The notes beneath the pieces were generated by a model. That model did not search any database. It was given only the letters and a program-made list of their open reading frames with translations, and was not told the DNA's origin. A stretch of 64,000 bases of DNA from Eledone cirrhosa (lineage: Eukaryota), in NCBI GenBank assembly GCA_964016885.1, contig OZ024741.1:132866001-132930000 (forward strand), in the 5' to 3' direction. Numbering within the stretch: the first letter of the stretch is position 1; every line of letters starts with the position of its first letter. Positions 22,867 to 36,999 of this stretch are shown here, piece by piece. The position numbers and the translations under genes were made by a program.

Positions 22867-25800
22867 ATATAGAGAACCAGCTTTTGTAGATGGTGATTTA
22901 GCAATAAATCTAATATAATTATTACAACTGAGATCTTTAGAAAAAGTTAAAGTTAAAATACAAAAATGGCAGACATGTCTTTAGACTGAACAGAATAAAT
23001 ATAAAAGATGCATCTATACAAACACATGTTAAGACGAACAGAATAGAGAAAGAAAATTATAATTCTGGACTTGAATATGGCTTTTTGAACTCAATACTAA
23101 AACCAATTTGTGATTGGAAAACACAATACATAATTAACATTATCTTGTTAATTTCATTAAAACAAAATCTAGTAACTTGGCAAATTAAACAAAGCATTTC
23201 ATTATTACTATAGCCATCACTCAATGAAGTATGACTTGGTGCTATGCACCATACTTTCATTAAGGGTCTTAGGTGACCAAACAGTCACAAGTAGACACAG
23301 ACACCCTCTTGATCCAATGGAACTTCTAAGATGTCACAGCACTGGGCTGGTACTTTCTTTATCAAACCGAAAAGGATGAAAGGTGACGTAGACCTCAGTG
23401 GTACTTGAACTTAGAACTAAGAGACCCAGAACAAATATCCAACATGACAAGTGTGTCACCAGTCATTGTCAAAGCTTTAAACTTTGTAATCTTTTTACCC
23501 ATTCCTTTGCATGAATTGCATTTGATATATGAATTGCTATAAATTTTGACAGTATAGATTCACTGGTTTCTTTTAAGAAATTTTTTTAGACAGGGGCAAT
23601 GAACCAGTGTTTTATATTCTCTGAATCTGAGAAGCATTTGTAATGTAATGACTATTTTTAACATTCTATGAATGTTTTAAATCTTTTAGCCATCATTTAC
23701 CATACAACGTGCATGTATTATTTGACACAAACATGTAAAACATACTGCACAAAATTAGATTTAGAACTACACAAGCATTGTCCCTGTGTTATTGTTTAGC
23801 TCATGGTCTATCCAGAGTAAGCAGATTAAAGGGTTCCCACAACACCATCCCATTATTCCTTTCAGTTATATATAGTAAAATAATTTCAAATAGGCAATGC
23901 AACCATGTAGAGGCTATCTCATTGGATCAACATCCAATATGGTAGGTTGAATGATTTCCAGTGTACTAGATTATTGTTGATTAGAGTCCTTTGATGATAA
24001 AATTTAATAGATATTCTCTACAGAGTAAACATATTCTCAAAGACATCATTGCTAAACCAAAGCATTGATTAGAGAAATTCTCTTTTTAACACGTCAATTC
24101 CTTCATTTCCCCAGTAGCAATCATGTATTTTGTATAAAATATCTTCAAGCTGTTGTTCTATTCTCTCCAGTTAGGCTGGAGTTTGAATACAAAAAACATT
24201 TATATGAATCAATGGCTAATGTTAAAAATGAACAATTGTCATTGGATTCCAAATATAACACTTGCTGTAGTTGTCTTTCAATATAATCAGTAGGAGATAT
24301 TGTTAATATGCAGACAATAAACAGTTTGAGATTAATGCTAAGTTTAACTGCAACATTATATAATGGAAGTAAATGAAATATACTGCCTGATATATTCTTC
24401 TTTTATTTTGCACTTAATACTGAATAAAATATATTTATACATTATAATATATCTGTTCAGAATAAACTGAGAAATAAATGGCAACATAGCAAAATGGTTA
24501 GAAAGTTTTCTTCGCATTCATTGGGTCCCAGGTTTGATCCCACTGTGTGACATCTTGGGCAAATGTAATTTACTACAGCCTCGGGTCAATGCATGCCTTA
24601 TAAGTGAAATTGGATAGATGGAAACAGTTTGGAAACCTGTCGGGTGAATTGTACCTGTAATTCAAAGGACCAGTCTAGTCACACACTATGCCATGCTGAA
24701 TGTCACTGAGAAATTACACTAAGGGTATATGTTAATTTTACGAGTAGACTGTTCCATTAATCAAACAACTGGAACATTCATCATCAAAACTGATGATGGT
24801 TCAGTGAATTGAAAGTTAAAAGACATGGGGTTTTTTTTTAAAGTTGAAATTTTGTTCCTTTTTTTTTTTTTTAATAGAATTTCAACTGAAGAGAAATGGT
24901 AACAGCCATAGGCTTTTCAAAGCATCCTACACTGACACATTGAGATATGAAAAGCAACATATCCCCTAATCTCTTCATTTTTAAACTGATTGTCATAGTT
25001 ATGTTGTTATCTAACTCCAGGTCAATCCTAATCAATCAGACCTATAATCAAAAGCATTACAGCTATGACCATCTCTGATCCCTACCATTCATATCTAATG
25101 CTATTCAATGTGTATCCTTCCTTCTTCTTCGCCCATTTATTCCTGGGAGGTTTGAGGGGCTGGATCCCCAAGTGAGACCAACCAAGCTCATGGATGTTAT
25201 CCAACCATCTTGCTCAGATTCTACCCCTGGGTCTCCTGGAAGTTGGTTATGCCCATAAAATCTGTACAGCGATTTTATAGGCAAAACCAACCTTCCCTTT
25301 TTAGAAACAAACAGTTTTGTATTGTCAAACACAAACTGAAGTTTGAATTTACATTAAATATGGTAGTTAGACATGTTTAATGAATATTGCACTAAAGTGA
25401 CACAGCTTTATTTCTTTTTAAGTACGTTTTTCCTTAAGGGCATCGCTTGAATGGGTGTACATATCTGAATAGTTACGATATTATCTGAAACAGGTGTTAA
25501 CAGGATTTCCTAACATTAATTTCTCAATTATATAAGAAGGAATTTGAAAGTAAATACAATAAAATTATCTACAGGTGTTATGCTGTAGCATTAATGATAA
25601 CAACAACAAAAATTCCTTTGACTATGTTGTTGGGGGTATTAACATCCTGTAATGGTTTTAAAAAATATTTCAAAACCAGTTTGTTAATTCAAATGTTTAT
25701 AATATCTTTACTAGTGTGCAGATTGTTGTGAAAATTTACAGTATTAAGGTAAAGGCTTTATTTTTTAATGTGATGTAGTTATAGTGCTGTTTTGTACTTT

Positions 25801-27533
25801 TCAAATGAATTGAGACATTTCTTTCAGTTCTTTATATTCTGAGTTCAAATTCATGATTATTTTCAAAATTATTTGAAAATCATAGACAGAGTCTTTTGTT
25901 AGAAATATGGTATTGGTTCCTGATTTAGGCATATAGTCAACAACTTTTGGGGAGAGGAAAGTCGATTAAATTGACTCCAGTCTGTGTTACTGGTGCTTTA
26001 TTTTATTGACCCTGTAAGGATGAAAGGCAAAGTTAACCTCAGTGTGATTTGAACTCAGGATGTAAAGGGCTGTAACGATGTTGCAAAGCATGATGTCTAA
26101 TGCTTTGCTATTTTCTGCCCTTCTTGTATCTAATATTGAGATTTCATTCTAAGGACTCTGCCAATCCAATATGATAATGAAAGGCTTAAGAGAAAAGATA
26201 CTTCATAGTTATTTTTATGAATAGAAGAATGGTAGATGTTGAAGCTTGAGCAGGAGGAAGTTTGAACAATATTCTGAAGCAGACATGAACCTTATATTGT
26301 TGACGATAAAGGAATATTTGAATATTGCCCCCAGACACCTGGACACAACAAACAGAGATTAACATAACAATGACATAATTGTGGCATCAACAAAGAGTTT
26401 TATATAAATCTAACTTCCAACAATGCTGTTGACTCCCTCAGCTTAATCATTGGAATGCACTCAGTGTTTGTCTAAGAACTTTGAATAATTTCTGTTTCTA
26501 CACTGAATATTTTTATCAATTTTAACCTTTTTGATACAAAACTATCTGAAACATCATGGTTTCTACAATACAAAAATATTTAAACAACATTATATGAAAT
26601 GATTTGGAGCATTGAGTGTGTAAATATTTCATAAAATTGTAAGGAACTCGAACACAGAAATAGCTGTAAAACAGTTGGCTGCTATGATGATCACAGCAAA
26701 GAGTCGGATTAAATAAAACACCTTAATTTCTGCAGTCACGTTCCCTACAATTTTAGGACAAAAATATGTTTTAAAGTGCTTATATTTATCTAAAAAACCT
26801 TACATCATAATTTCACATAAGAACCTTCATGTCTCATTCAGAAAATAAATAATGAAAACTAGTAGGTTATTTTACTTAATTCTTTCAAATTAATGGTTAT
26901 TTTCAAAATGATTTGAAAACCATATGAAGTGTCTTTTATTAGAAATATAGTAATGAAAGGATTAAGACAAGTAAAGCTGTAGCCACTGAAACATGAGTGC
27001 TATATAATGTATGTTTTTATATAACAATTTCGAAAGAGGACATTGAATTGGAAGGTAAAATTATTTTCCATGACAAATAAGAGTGATAATTGGATTCACA
27101 ATTGTGAGATTGTGAGTTCAATTCCCGAGCTGAGCGATGCATTATGTCCTTCAGCAAGACACTTTTTTTCAGGTTGATCCTTCTGCAGGAGTTGTGACTG
27201 GTAGATAGTATTAGCAATTAAAAGATTTAAAAGACTAATGGAAACATTATTTCCTTGGTCCAATCTTGCTGATTCGGATAATTTTTTTTTTTTTTTTTTT
27301 TTAAATTAGTAATCTTTTATTACCAAGCCATCTGAAATTGCCATTGGTTCTATAATACAAAACTGTTTATTTAAAGTGTTTATCATCATCATTATCTTGA
27401 ATCACTTTCATATGTTAGTAATCAACAAAGTTGATGCAAATCATTAATTTATCAAAATGAAAATTTCCCAGTTTGTACAATTGATTGTTCATATATCTGG
27501 TAATTTTGGTTGGTTGGTGTGTGTGTGTGTGTG

Positions 27534-27601
<68 letters not shown>

Positions 27602-28552
27602 TATACATCCTCTATTATATGTTCCTGTTATACATATTTCAAAGACATCAAAATGATTGCACAATAACCCTTTGACATGTTCTTTCCAAACAGGTACAAA
27701 GTTGCAGTGTTTTTGTTTTTGATATGTTATTGAAGGATAAAAGCAAAGTTGGCCTCAGTGGGATTTGAACTTTGGAGTGCAGAGAGCATTCTATCTGAAG
27801 TTCTAACACCTTAGCCAATTCACCACCTCACTGCCTTGTAACAACCTTTAGACTGGAGTATAGAGTATGTCACTCCCTCTCCTTCATTTTCTTTCATTGC
27901 TTAATTTCTTTCTTTTTTTTTTATCCTTTTACTTCTCTTTCTTTTGTGCTTCTTTATTGCTATTTATATTGAATAATTATTATCACATTTTCTCTTCATT
28001 TTAATAAACTTGTTAAAGCATAGTTGTATACGATATAAAAGTCAAATTTGCATTGATACATATTTCAGAAAATATATTTCCAACTAGGTTTTTAGGTTAG
28101 ACTCATGAAATAAACAGGTCCTATCAGTTTCAAAAGAGTTTTAAAAAATTTTAATGTGATGCAGTTTCATGTGGTACAGGATGTTAGAAGTTAAAAGAAA
28201 GGGGAAACAATAAATTGGGTATCTAGTGAACATTTAAATCTATCAAAAAATATCTTATTCAAATTGATTTATCGAATCGATTGACAAGATCCCAGACCTC
28301 ATTCGCTTACCAAGTGGGGTGGACCTTGTCAAATTAGACCAAGGAAACAATGCTTCCATTGGTCTTTCCAATTGTAGAAACTATCTCCCAATCACAATTC
28401 CGGACAGAAGGAGCAGCATGAAATAAAGTGTCTTGCTCAAGGACATAACACATCGCTCTGTCTGGGAACACACAACCTCACAATTGTGTATCCAATTCCC
28501 TAACAACTAAGCCATGTACCTTCTATTCAAATTAACCAAAACATACTTGTAA

Positions 28553-29125
28553 TCTATATATAATATAAAAGAGCTTTATTGGCTGGTTGGTTGGTTAAAT
28601 CACACGAAAACTACACACACACACTCAAATACATACACACAAATACATACACACACATCTAAAGAGAGAGACACAGAGGGAGAGGCAGAAAGAGAGAGAT
28701 AGGCCGTTATACAGAGAGAGATACAATTAAAGTGTTAGATATTCAGAGAGAGAGAGTAATGTCCCACGAAAGTCTAGAAATGGCTTAAACTATAGATCCT
28801 TTGATCTATAGGAAGGTTTAACAATATTGCGTTAGCTTTTATAAATTCGTTTTACAGTCTTTGATTTTACAGAACAAAGAAAAATTGATACTATTTGAAA
28901 TTAATCTACCCTCCAGCTTTTATCCATATACTACTTACAGACCGTACTAACGAAGCTAAACACTTCAGAAGCAATGATATGCAGTATATTGCTGTGTTTC
29001 AGATGACATCCTTTGGAGCTGAAAAAGATCATACTGGCTATGGTTATTTCACATTTAAAATCCAAGGCCAGTGGTACCGTTTAATTGGAAGTTTACTCCC
29101 CCAGCCTAATAAGGAAGTTTTATGA
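28553..29125 (+). mobile_element. Helitron 5' portion with a degenerate Rep/Helicase fragment
   Basis: 5' end A|TCTATATATAATATAAAA. ORF 28895-29125 contains AKHFRSN..QY..VFQMTSFGA and FKIQGQWYRLIGSLLP, conserved motifs of the Helitron RepHel N-terminal region. Confidence 0.8.
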
Positions 29126-31226
29126 TTGTTTCTTTTGTCTCTCTCTCTCACACACACACAGACATGCATTACATTCTCACCTCATACCAGACAACACATC
29201 CAATCATCATCATTTTATAATAATTGAAGGGTTAAAGAGAGAGAAAGGGCTGGTATGGTTACCTCTATTATCCTAACATGAAAGTTATAACAAATGAAAT
29301 TATCTGCTAACATAACACATTCATGAAGTGGAGGGAATGGTAAGCTATTTCCATGGCAACAACTTGTCAAAAGAGTGTGACTAGTTGGATTTAAAAAGGA
29401 AACATTTTTTTCTTCAGAAATAGATTTTTATATGACTACAAGATCTCTCTCTCACACACACACACACACACAATGAAGGTTCTGTGTCATACCTGAGACC
29501 CTGATGCATAGATATTGCTAATAGTTCATCAGCAAAAAGTCACAGCTGATAAAGCAATCTGTTCAAACTACATGTTATATGAGCCTGACCAAACCCATGG
29601 GAAATCTATTACATATGTTCTATTAATAGATTATGGATAAACAAAACACTTCCTCAGTGTCCTTTGGAGTGGTAATTCTACTACTGCTACAACCAGTCAC
29701 ACCTCTGACTCCAACAAGAGTCTTGTGTTCTATTGAAAGAAACATTGTAAAATGGGACCCTATCTACAATGTATATAAAAACAAACAAAAAATATGACAG
29801 CAATGGTTGAAATGCCTTTTGACTATAGGTCTACTTGAGCAGGGGTTTGCTTGAGCAGGGGTTTGCTTCAGCAGAGGTTTGATTGATCAGGTGTTTGCTT
29901 GATCAGAGTTGAAGTAGAGATAAACAAAATAATGATAAAAACAAAAAAAACAATTGGTTGCAGCAGCATGCTTTCATGCTAGAGGGCTGGAGGTGGGGGG
30001 CTTCAGAACAATCTACATGGACAAGGAACATATTTCCACCTAACTTGACTTTGCCTTTCAACCTGCTGAGATCGATATAATCGACAAAAAGAATCCTTCA
30101 TGAAGAAATGGAAGTTGTTAGAACATTTAGACAAAATGTCTTGTGGTGTTTATTCTAGTTCTCTACACTGCTGAGTTCAAATTACACAAATGTCAACTTT
30201 GTTTATCATCCAATCAAGTGCCAAAGTGAATTGTATGAGCTTGACGTGACCATATGACCTGTCTAGCCTCAGAACATGACAAACATAGAAAATGATGATA
30301 ATGATTACATCCAATACAGAAATGACTCAGCCAATTGTCACCTAAGAATTACACCTTACCAACTGAAGGATACAGTGGATAATGTATTCCTAGATACACT
30401 ATGCCTGAAAAACGATGGCATGGTCATGACTGGAATTCCTTTGCTCATAGCCTGCTTAACAAGAGGCAACACGTGATTAAACAATGACATGTAAAACAAC
30501 TTTAGGCTTGATATTTTCAGATATATTTCCCTGCCTTCTCATTCCATGTGCATGGATACACACATGTAGACACATGTGCATGAAAACATGATTTGTAGTA
30601 TTATATGCACTCAAATACTGTTTAGCCCTTTTGTTATCAAATTACCCTGGGGCTGACAATACAAAACTGCTTTAAAGTATTTATATTTATCTAAAAGAAC
30701 CTTTGTTAAGTTATGTTTAAAACACCAATTTAATAGCGAGAAAGTTAATTATATTACTAAATCACTCCAAATTCTTAACTATTTTCAAAATTATTTGAAA
30801 ATTATACGTAATTTCTTTCATTAGGAATATGGAAATGAAACGGTTACATTTTAGAGAATGTTTAAACTTAAAGAAGTTTTAAGAAATAACAATCAGTTAA
30901 AGATAATTCGTTATTTAAACAGAAATATGAACATGTGTAGGTATATTGGACTTCCATCTGTTCCTACAAGGGTTCTAGTTCTAGGGACAACCTACTTGCA
31001 AAATAAATGTGCAAGTGACTGAACATTCTACAGACGTGGGCACCCTTAACATAGTTTTCAAGAAGATTCAGCATCACATAGTGGTCCTTTGAATATCAAA
31101 TACAACAGAAGGGACTGGAGCAATATGAAATAAAGTACCTTGCTGAAGGACATAATATCCCACTAGGAATCAAATTCATGACCTTACGATTGAGAGCCAA
31201 ACACGCCAACCACCACAATACTTCAT

Positions 31227-31257
<31 letters not shown>

Positions 31258-31519
31258 GTATGTGTGTGAGGGTGGTGGGTGTAGGTGTGGGTGTGTGTGT
31301 AGACTAGTTTATATAATAAATTCAAGAGACAGATCATGACAGAGTGACAGATCCTGATAGAGTGACAGATCCTGGCAGAGAGACCGGACACAAACCACTA
31401 TCAGTCTATAGATAGATTGTATATTAGTGATGACTCATTTAATACAATAAAAATATCAAATTATAGAATTTTTCATGAGAGTTCCTGGAGTTTAGGCCAG
31501 GAAAACTAAAGCATTTGAC

Positions 31520-32100
31520 AGTAATTCTTCCAGCTTTTTACATTCTGAGGTCAAATCTTGCTAAGGTCAACTTTGCTTTTCCTCCCTCTGATAGTTGTTG
31601 AAATAAAATACCAGTAAAGTATTGGGTTGATTTAATCAACTATTCTTCTCATTCATGTTATGATTTTATGTCTGTGTAGAAATTATTATTATTATTATTA
31701 AGGGCGGTGGATTGGCAGTATCGGTAAGGGTTGGACGCCATGCTTTGAAGCATAGAGTTACCTCCCTTTATGATCTGAGTTCAAATCCCGCCGAGGTTAA
31801 CTTTGCCTTTAATCCTTACGGGGTCGATAAAATAAAGTACCAGTAATGCACTGGGATAATTGCTGGCCTTGTGCCAAAAGTAGAAACAATTATTATTATT
31901 ATTAGCAGTATTTAGTTGTGGCCCTTTACGTTCTGGAGTTCAAATCCCACCGATGTTAGCTTTGCCTTTTACCCTTCCATAGTTAATAAAATAAAGTACC
32001 AGTAATGCACTGAGTCAATTTAATAAATATACCCTAACCAGAAAAAAATAAATTACTGGCCTTGTGCCTAAATTAAAACACATCATCATCATCATTATTG
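31520..32100 (+). mobile_element. Chain of three head-to-tail Meta/MESC-like SINEs joined through (ATT)n tails
   Basis: Three repeats of GTTCAAATC..GAGGT(C/T)AACTTTGCCTTT..AAAATAAAGTACCAGT, each ending in ATT/ATC repeats. The middle copy (31701-31900) is complete. Confidence 0.85.
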
Positions 32101-33675
32101 TTATTATATAAGTTATTTACTATAATAAGCCATTACAGACAAACGCACACATAAGAATTAGGAAGATTATTTAGTAATTTAAAAAGTAATATAGCAGTTT
32201 TCAAAACATCAGTAATGAAATCAATGATAGTAATATTAATGAAATTATTGTGTACAGTGCTCAGGTGCACTACAACTCATCAAAGGTGCATGTATAGTAC
32301 ATAGAATAATGTACAAATGTCAGGAAAATGAACAGTGTATGAGTCATGAAATACATGATAATCAAATGTGGTGTTATTTTACTACATTACAATGGGACAA
32401 ACCAAGAAGAGGAATTGACAGAGTCATTAGGGAGTCAAATCAAAGATGCCTGGATATTTTTTTGAGCTCATAGTGCTCTGAGTTCAAATCCCACCAAGAT
32501 CAATTTTGCCTTTCAGCCTTTCGAGGATGATAAACAAAGTACCAGTCCAGTCAATACTTGGGGTCAATTCTTCCCTTCTTTCTTTCTCTCTCATTATCTG
32601 GTGCTAGAAAGAGCATCCTGCTGTAGAAACCCTGCCAGAATGAAATATATGGGCAAGACACTATCACCTGACCTGTCCAACCTCAGAACATGACAGCCCA
32701 TCTAACCCATGCAAAGTATGGAAAATAAACATAAAATGATGATGATGGTAATGATAAAATCGGCTGTGATACAAGCTGAAATAAAAGAACCCATTAGCTT
32801 TAATGGGAGACTTAAAAAAAAAAGATTTGTATTGACCGTATTTTTAGCCCTGACAACATTGAGTTAAAACACATGACACTAGTTATTACTGATGCTGCTT
32901 GTTTTCACTGTGGGACAGTAGTGTAGTTGGCATTCATTTTATCAGTACAAGATAGTAGTAGTGTGTACACTGCATAACATTGCTATGCCAGGACAAATGT
33001 CCCACGTAGTAAGCTAGGACAGTGCCACCCACATACTTGTCGAACTCATCAGCTGCAGATATAAGTAGACACATCACTATTGACAATCTATTCTTTTATT
33101 ATTGGAAACAGTTGTTTTTTTTATTTAAATAGAAATATTAACAAGAGGAAAGATATTGAAATAATGTTTTCGATATTGAAATAATAATGTTTTCAATATT
33201 GAAATAATGCTGTCAAGAATAAAGATATTGAAATAATAATGTTGATAATTTAAAATCAAAGTGCAGAGTGTAAGATATGTATACAAATATGTATGTATAC
33301 ACACACGCACATGCAGATACACATGTATGCATATGTACATGCAGACACACATATATATGCATATACTCATAGATACACACATGTATGCCTATGTCCATGA
33401 ACACATATAGGCATGACCCCTCCCCCCTCTCACACAAACATTATCCACATACATGACCCTGCACATCATCATCATCATCACCGTTTTACGTCCGTTCTTC
33501 CACGTTAGCATGGGTTAGACGGGTTGTCCTGTTGTGAAACACATATATACCTCCATACACACATATATACATATACATGTATATGTATACATATATGCAT
33601 GTAAATACATATGCACATGTGCACATGCATGTACATCAATATACACACAGATACATATATATGCATACATATATA

Positions 33676-33715
<40 letters not shown>

Positions 33716-34499
33716 TACACATGCATGCACACTAGAATTTTCAAGTAAATAAGCAAAATATCTAACCTGAGACTGGTAGGAATACAAGATACTTTGTCTT
33801 GTACAATTCCATATTGGCAAGTGTTAAACAATATTTATACTCCATCAAAACATTGTCCATTTTCCTGTGTACATGTTGCATGGAGACAGTTTAGTTGGGT
33901 GAGGTGTGTTTGTGGACGTTAAACAAAGATGAAGATGCTGATTGTATGTATGTACGTGTACACATACGTGTGCATGTATGAGTGTGTAAAATATTATATA
34001 CAAATATGTGTTTGTGTTTATGTGTATGCATGTGTTTGCATGCATGTGTTATGTGTTTGGACGTTAATGATGAAGATGCTGAGTATGTATATATGTACGT
34101 ATGTACGAATGTATGAGTGTGTAAAATATTATATATAAATATGTGTGGACTTTAAACAATGATGAAGATGTTGATAATAAGTATGTAAGCATGTATGTGT
34201 AAAATATATATAGATATATAGATATATATGTGTGCATGCGTGTGAGTGAGTATGAAAAGAAACAAGTCCCAGAGTAAATGTTGATCACAGTGCTATTGAG
34301 AATGATCAATTACAAAGAAGCAGGAAAGAAGGAATGAGAGAGAGAGAGAGAGAAAGAGACTGAGCACGTGCATGAGTGTGTGTATATGTGTATACTATTG
34401 TAGTAATGATACCAATGTGAGAGAACAGTGTTTACATAGAGACGGTAGCAGAATCAATGATTAAATACAACCAGTGGATCCAGAACATGATTGTTCTTT

Positions 34500-35490
34500 G
34501 ATTAGATAAATGATATTTTCTCTTGGCCACTAGGATAGATCATATTGTCCCTTGGCCGATAAGATAGATCATATTGCCCCTCAGCCAGTAAGATAGATCA
34601 TATTTTTTCTGGGGCCAGTAAGATACATCATATTGTTCTCTCAGCCAGCAAGATACATCATATTGTTCTCTCGGCCAATAAGATACATCATATTGTTCTC
34701 TTGGCCAGTAAGATACATCATATATTGTCTCTCAGACAGTAAGATAGATAATATGTTCTCTCGGCCAGTAAGATAGATCATATTCTCGCTCGGCTAATAA
34801 TATCTCTCAGCCAGTAAGATAGATCATATCCTCGCTCAGCCAGTAAAATTGTCTCTCAGCCAGTAATATTGTTTCTCAGCCAGTAAGATAGATCATATTC
34901 TCACTCGGCTAATAATACTGTCTCTCAACCAGTAAGATAGATCATATTCTCGCTCAGCCAATAATACTGTCTCTCAGCCAGTAAGATAGATCATATTCTC
35001 GCTCAGCCAATAATACTGTCTCTCAACCAGTAAGATAGATCATATTCTCGCTCAGCCAATAATACTGTCTTTCAACCAGTAAGATAGATCATATTCTCGC
35101 TCAGCCAATAATACTGTCTCTCAACCAGTAAGATAGATCATATTCTCGCTCAGCCAATAATACTGTCTCTCAACTAGTAAGATAGATCATATTCTCGCTC
35201 AGCCAATAATACTGTCTCTCAGCCAGTAAGATAGATCATATTCTCGCTCAGCCAATAATACTGTCTCTCAACCAGTAAGATAGATCATATTCTCGCTCAG
35301 CCAATAATACTGTCTCTCAACCAGTAAGATAGATCATATTCTCGCTCAGCCAATAATACTGTCTCTCAACCAGTAAGATAGATCATTTTCTCGCTCAGCC
35401 AGTAATATCATCTCTCAGCCAGCTCAATCATATTTTCTCTCGACCAGTAATATCGCCTCTAGGCCAGTAATATAGCCTCTAGGCCGGTAA
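34500..35490. repeat. Minisatellite: ~30-bp units grading into a homogeneous 49-bp (30+19) higher-order repeat
   Basis: Period 30 at about 34560-34740; period 49 (AGTAAGATAGATCATATTCTCGCTCAGCCAATAATACTGTCTCTCAACC) at about 34880-35400; about 19-20-bp units at the right edge. Confidence 0.92.
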
Positions 35491-35679
35491 ATAGTAAATA
35501 AATAATTAAAAGAATTTTCATTAATTTTCTTGGAATTAAGTATTTTTGCTTCTGAACTGAATATTATTATTAAACAACTGTGGGGCTATTTACAATTTAT
35601 CAGCATGTTATCTGTCAATGCCTGATAGTTTATCAGAAGAGATGGAGCAACAGCATCAAAAGTAACATAAGAATCAGCA

Positions 35680-36430
35680 ATGGTAGTGACACTGATGGTT
35701 GTAGTAATAGTAGTAGGGGTGGTGGTGGTGGTGGTGATAGTAGTAGTAATGTTGGTGGTGGTGGTGGTTACAGAACTAACAGCAGTAGTAGTTGCACACA
35801 TAAGGCTTTAGAAGCAGTAGTAGTAGTGGTGGTAGTAGTAGTAGTAGTAGTAGTAATAGTAATGATAGTAGTAGTAGTTGCACACATAACACTATAGAAG
35901 CAGTAGCTTTAATAACATCCAGCTACACACATGTGATCAATAAATCAATGCTGAGAATGTGGAGTGACAGTGGTGGTGGTGGTGGTTGATTCTTGTGATG
36001 GCAGTGATGGTGGTAATAGAGAAGAAGTAGTTGGAAGTGGTGGTGGTGGTGGTGGTGGTGGTGGTGGTGGTGGCGGTGGCTGGTGGCGGTGGTGGTGGTG
36101 GTGGTGGTGGTGGTGGTGGCGGCGGTGGCTGGTGGCGGGTGGCGGTGGTGGTGGTGGCGGCGGTGACGGTGGTAGTGGTGGTGGTGGTGGTGGTGGTGGT
36201 GGCTGGTGTTAGTGATGGCAGTGATGGTGGTAATGGAGAAGAAGTAGTTGGAAATGGTGGTGGTGGTGGTGATAATGGAGAAGATGTAGTTGGAAGTGGT
36301 GTTGGTGTTAGTGGTAATGATGGTAGTAGTGGTGGTGAAAAAGGAGTTGGAAGGGATGTTAGTTGGTGGTGGTGGTGGTAATGGAGAAGAAGTTGTTGGT
36401 TGGTGTTAGTTGTGTTGGTGGTGATGCTGA
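35680..36430. repeat. (GGT)n/(AGT)n trinucleotide low-complexity region
   Basis: Directly visible; explains the poly-G/V/W/T ORFs. Confidence 0.92.
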
Positions 36431-36999
36431 TGAAGAGTCTAGTGTAATTTCATATAAGTAAGCTGATAGAGAAGGATAACTTATATACACAATGTTCATC
36501 CTACATTTTTTCATTAGTTGACTGTATTCTCTCACATGAGAAGGTGGCAAATTGGCCGAGTCGTTAGGCCTCATATATAAAATGACTGATATATTTGTTC
36601 CAGTTCACTGCACTCTGTCTGAATTCAAATCCTGCTGAAATCAACTTTGCTCTTTCTTCATCCTTACAAGGTTGATAAATAAAGAACCAGTCCAGAACTA
36701 GAGTCAATTCTTCCTCTACCTCCCCTCACTGTCACACTCACTCACTCTGGAAGAAATCAGCTGTGTACAGACCTGGAAAGGATGGGTTCTGCCAGATTTA
36801 AAATACCCAAGACATGCTATGTGTCAGGATGGCACCCATTTTACTCCATCGGGTGTTAAGGGTCTTTTTCTTTACCTTCTTTCTTTTATTCTTTCAGATG
36901 AAAAGCAAATAAGTGGACAATATGTTTAGGTGCCTGTGCACACTTGTGTGCACAGGCATGTTCACATGCATTATGTTTATTATTACATTTTCTGATAAG

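Noticed and set aside
34500-35490. Regular array superficially like a CRISPR
   Set aside because: No unique spacers, no cas genes, eukaryotic context; it is a minisatellite.
35580-36381. Gly-, Val- or Trp-rich ORFs (also 22119-22370)
   Set aside because: Products of (GGT)n/(GAT)n repeats, with no splice or domain support.
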